26,241 bases of DNA from Candidatus Heimdallarchaeota archaeon (GTDB lineage Archaea; Asgardarchaeota; Heimdallarchaeia; Heimdallarchaeales; Heimdallarchaeaceae), in the NCBI GenBank assembly GCA_016839945.1, contig JAEOTE010000045.1, positions 1 to 26,241 of the forward strand. Reading direction: 5' to 3'. Position numbers and translations under genes: made by a program. The notes beneath the pieces were generated by a model. It did no database searches and was not told the origin of the DNA. It saw only the letters and a program-made list of their open reading frames with translations. This document shows, one piece after another, positions 25,812 to 26,241 of the stretch; position 1 is the stretch's first letter; the number at the start of each line of letters is the position of its first letter.

Positions 25812-26240
25812 TTACACTAGTTTCTTTCTAAAAAGAAGATAACCAAGAAGACCTATTAGTATTGTCCCTCCGGCAGCTCCAAGAAGGATTCCAAGCATTT
25901 CATAAGTTCCAAAATCAGTTTCATCTGTACCGGTAGGAGTGGTTGAAGGTTCAACAGTTATCCAAACAATATCTGTTATAAAATTTCCACTTGTATCATT
26001 AACATAAATAGTAAAGTTCCAGATACCTAAACTTAAACCATCGATATTAATAGTTATAAACGTATCATTAGTATAAGAACCACTATCCCAAACAGAACCG
26101 TTTCTATAGACAACATAGGTGTCAGGATTGGTATCAGTAGCATTCCAGACTATTGTATGTCCAGTTGTACCCTCTACATAACTATCATCAATCGGACTAT
26201 CTATAATAGGATTGGTTGTATCTGCTACTTCTGTTACTGT
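25812..26240 (-). CDS. C-terminal part (5' end outside the window) of a cell-surface protein with an Ig-like repeat, Thr/Pro linker and TM anchor
   Basis: Not in the ORF track. My translation: TVTEVADTTNPIIDSPIDDSYVEGTTGHTIVWNATDTNPDTYVVYRNG...NIDGLSLGIWNFTIYVNDTSGNFITDIVWITVEPSTTPTGTDE...LGILLGAAGGTILIGLLGYLLFRKKLV*. Open for 142 codons. Confidence 0.88.
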   Translation of the reverse strand, partial: TVTEVADTTNPIIDSPIDDSYVEGTTGHTIVWNATDTNPDTYVVYRNGSVWDSGSYTNDTFITINIDGLSLGIWNFTIYVNDTSGNFITDIVWITVEPSTTPTGTDETDFGTYEMLGILLGAAGGTILIGLLGYLLFRKKLV

Positions 26241-26241
26241 A

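Overview
AT-rich, gene-dense archaeal window, most likely from an Asgard (Heimdallarchaeia-like) genome. This placement is inferred from GGTG/GGAG ribosome-binding sites, TATA-type promoters, oligo-T terminators, split ADP-forming acyl-CoA synthetase subunits, a CdvA-like coiled-coil protein and an Asgard-style Ig-like surface domain. The main feature is a tightly coupled 7-gene operon (1379-11881). It combines a MoxR AAA+ ATPase and a DUF58/VWA (MIDAS) partner with five uncharacterised membrane or secreted proteins: an internally duplicated protein with ribophorin-I-like motifs, a small type-I glycoprotein, a ~10-TM protein, an IgGFc-binding-N/CARDB surface protein, and a large polytopic protein with a C-terminal HEAT domain. 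Two regulators (AbrB-ACT and double wHTH) and a candidate operator lie upstream. The rest is mostly housekeeping: acdAB plus an orphan acdB, alaX, yjjX, a NifU-type carrier, a TPR protein, purB and a parvulin. It also has a catalytically degenerate metallo-beta-lactamase-fold gene paired with the CdvA-like gene, a protein disulfide oxidoreductase broken by a frameshift in a (GA)5 repeat, and a truncated Ig-like surface protein at the right edge. No tRNA, rRNA, CRISPR array or mobile element was recognised. All family calls are by eye, without database searches.
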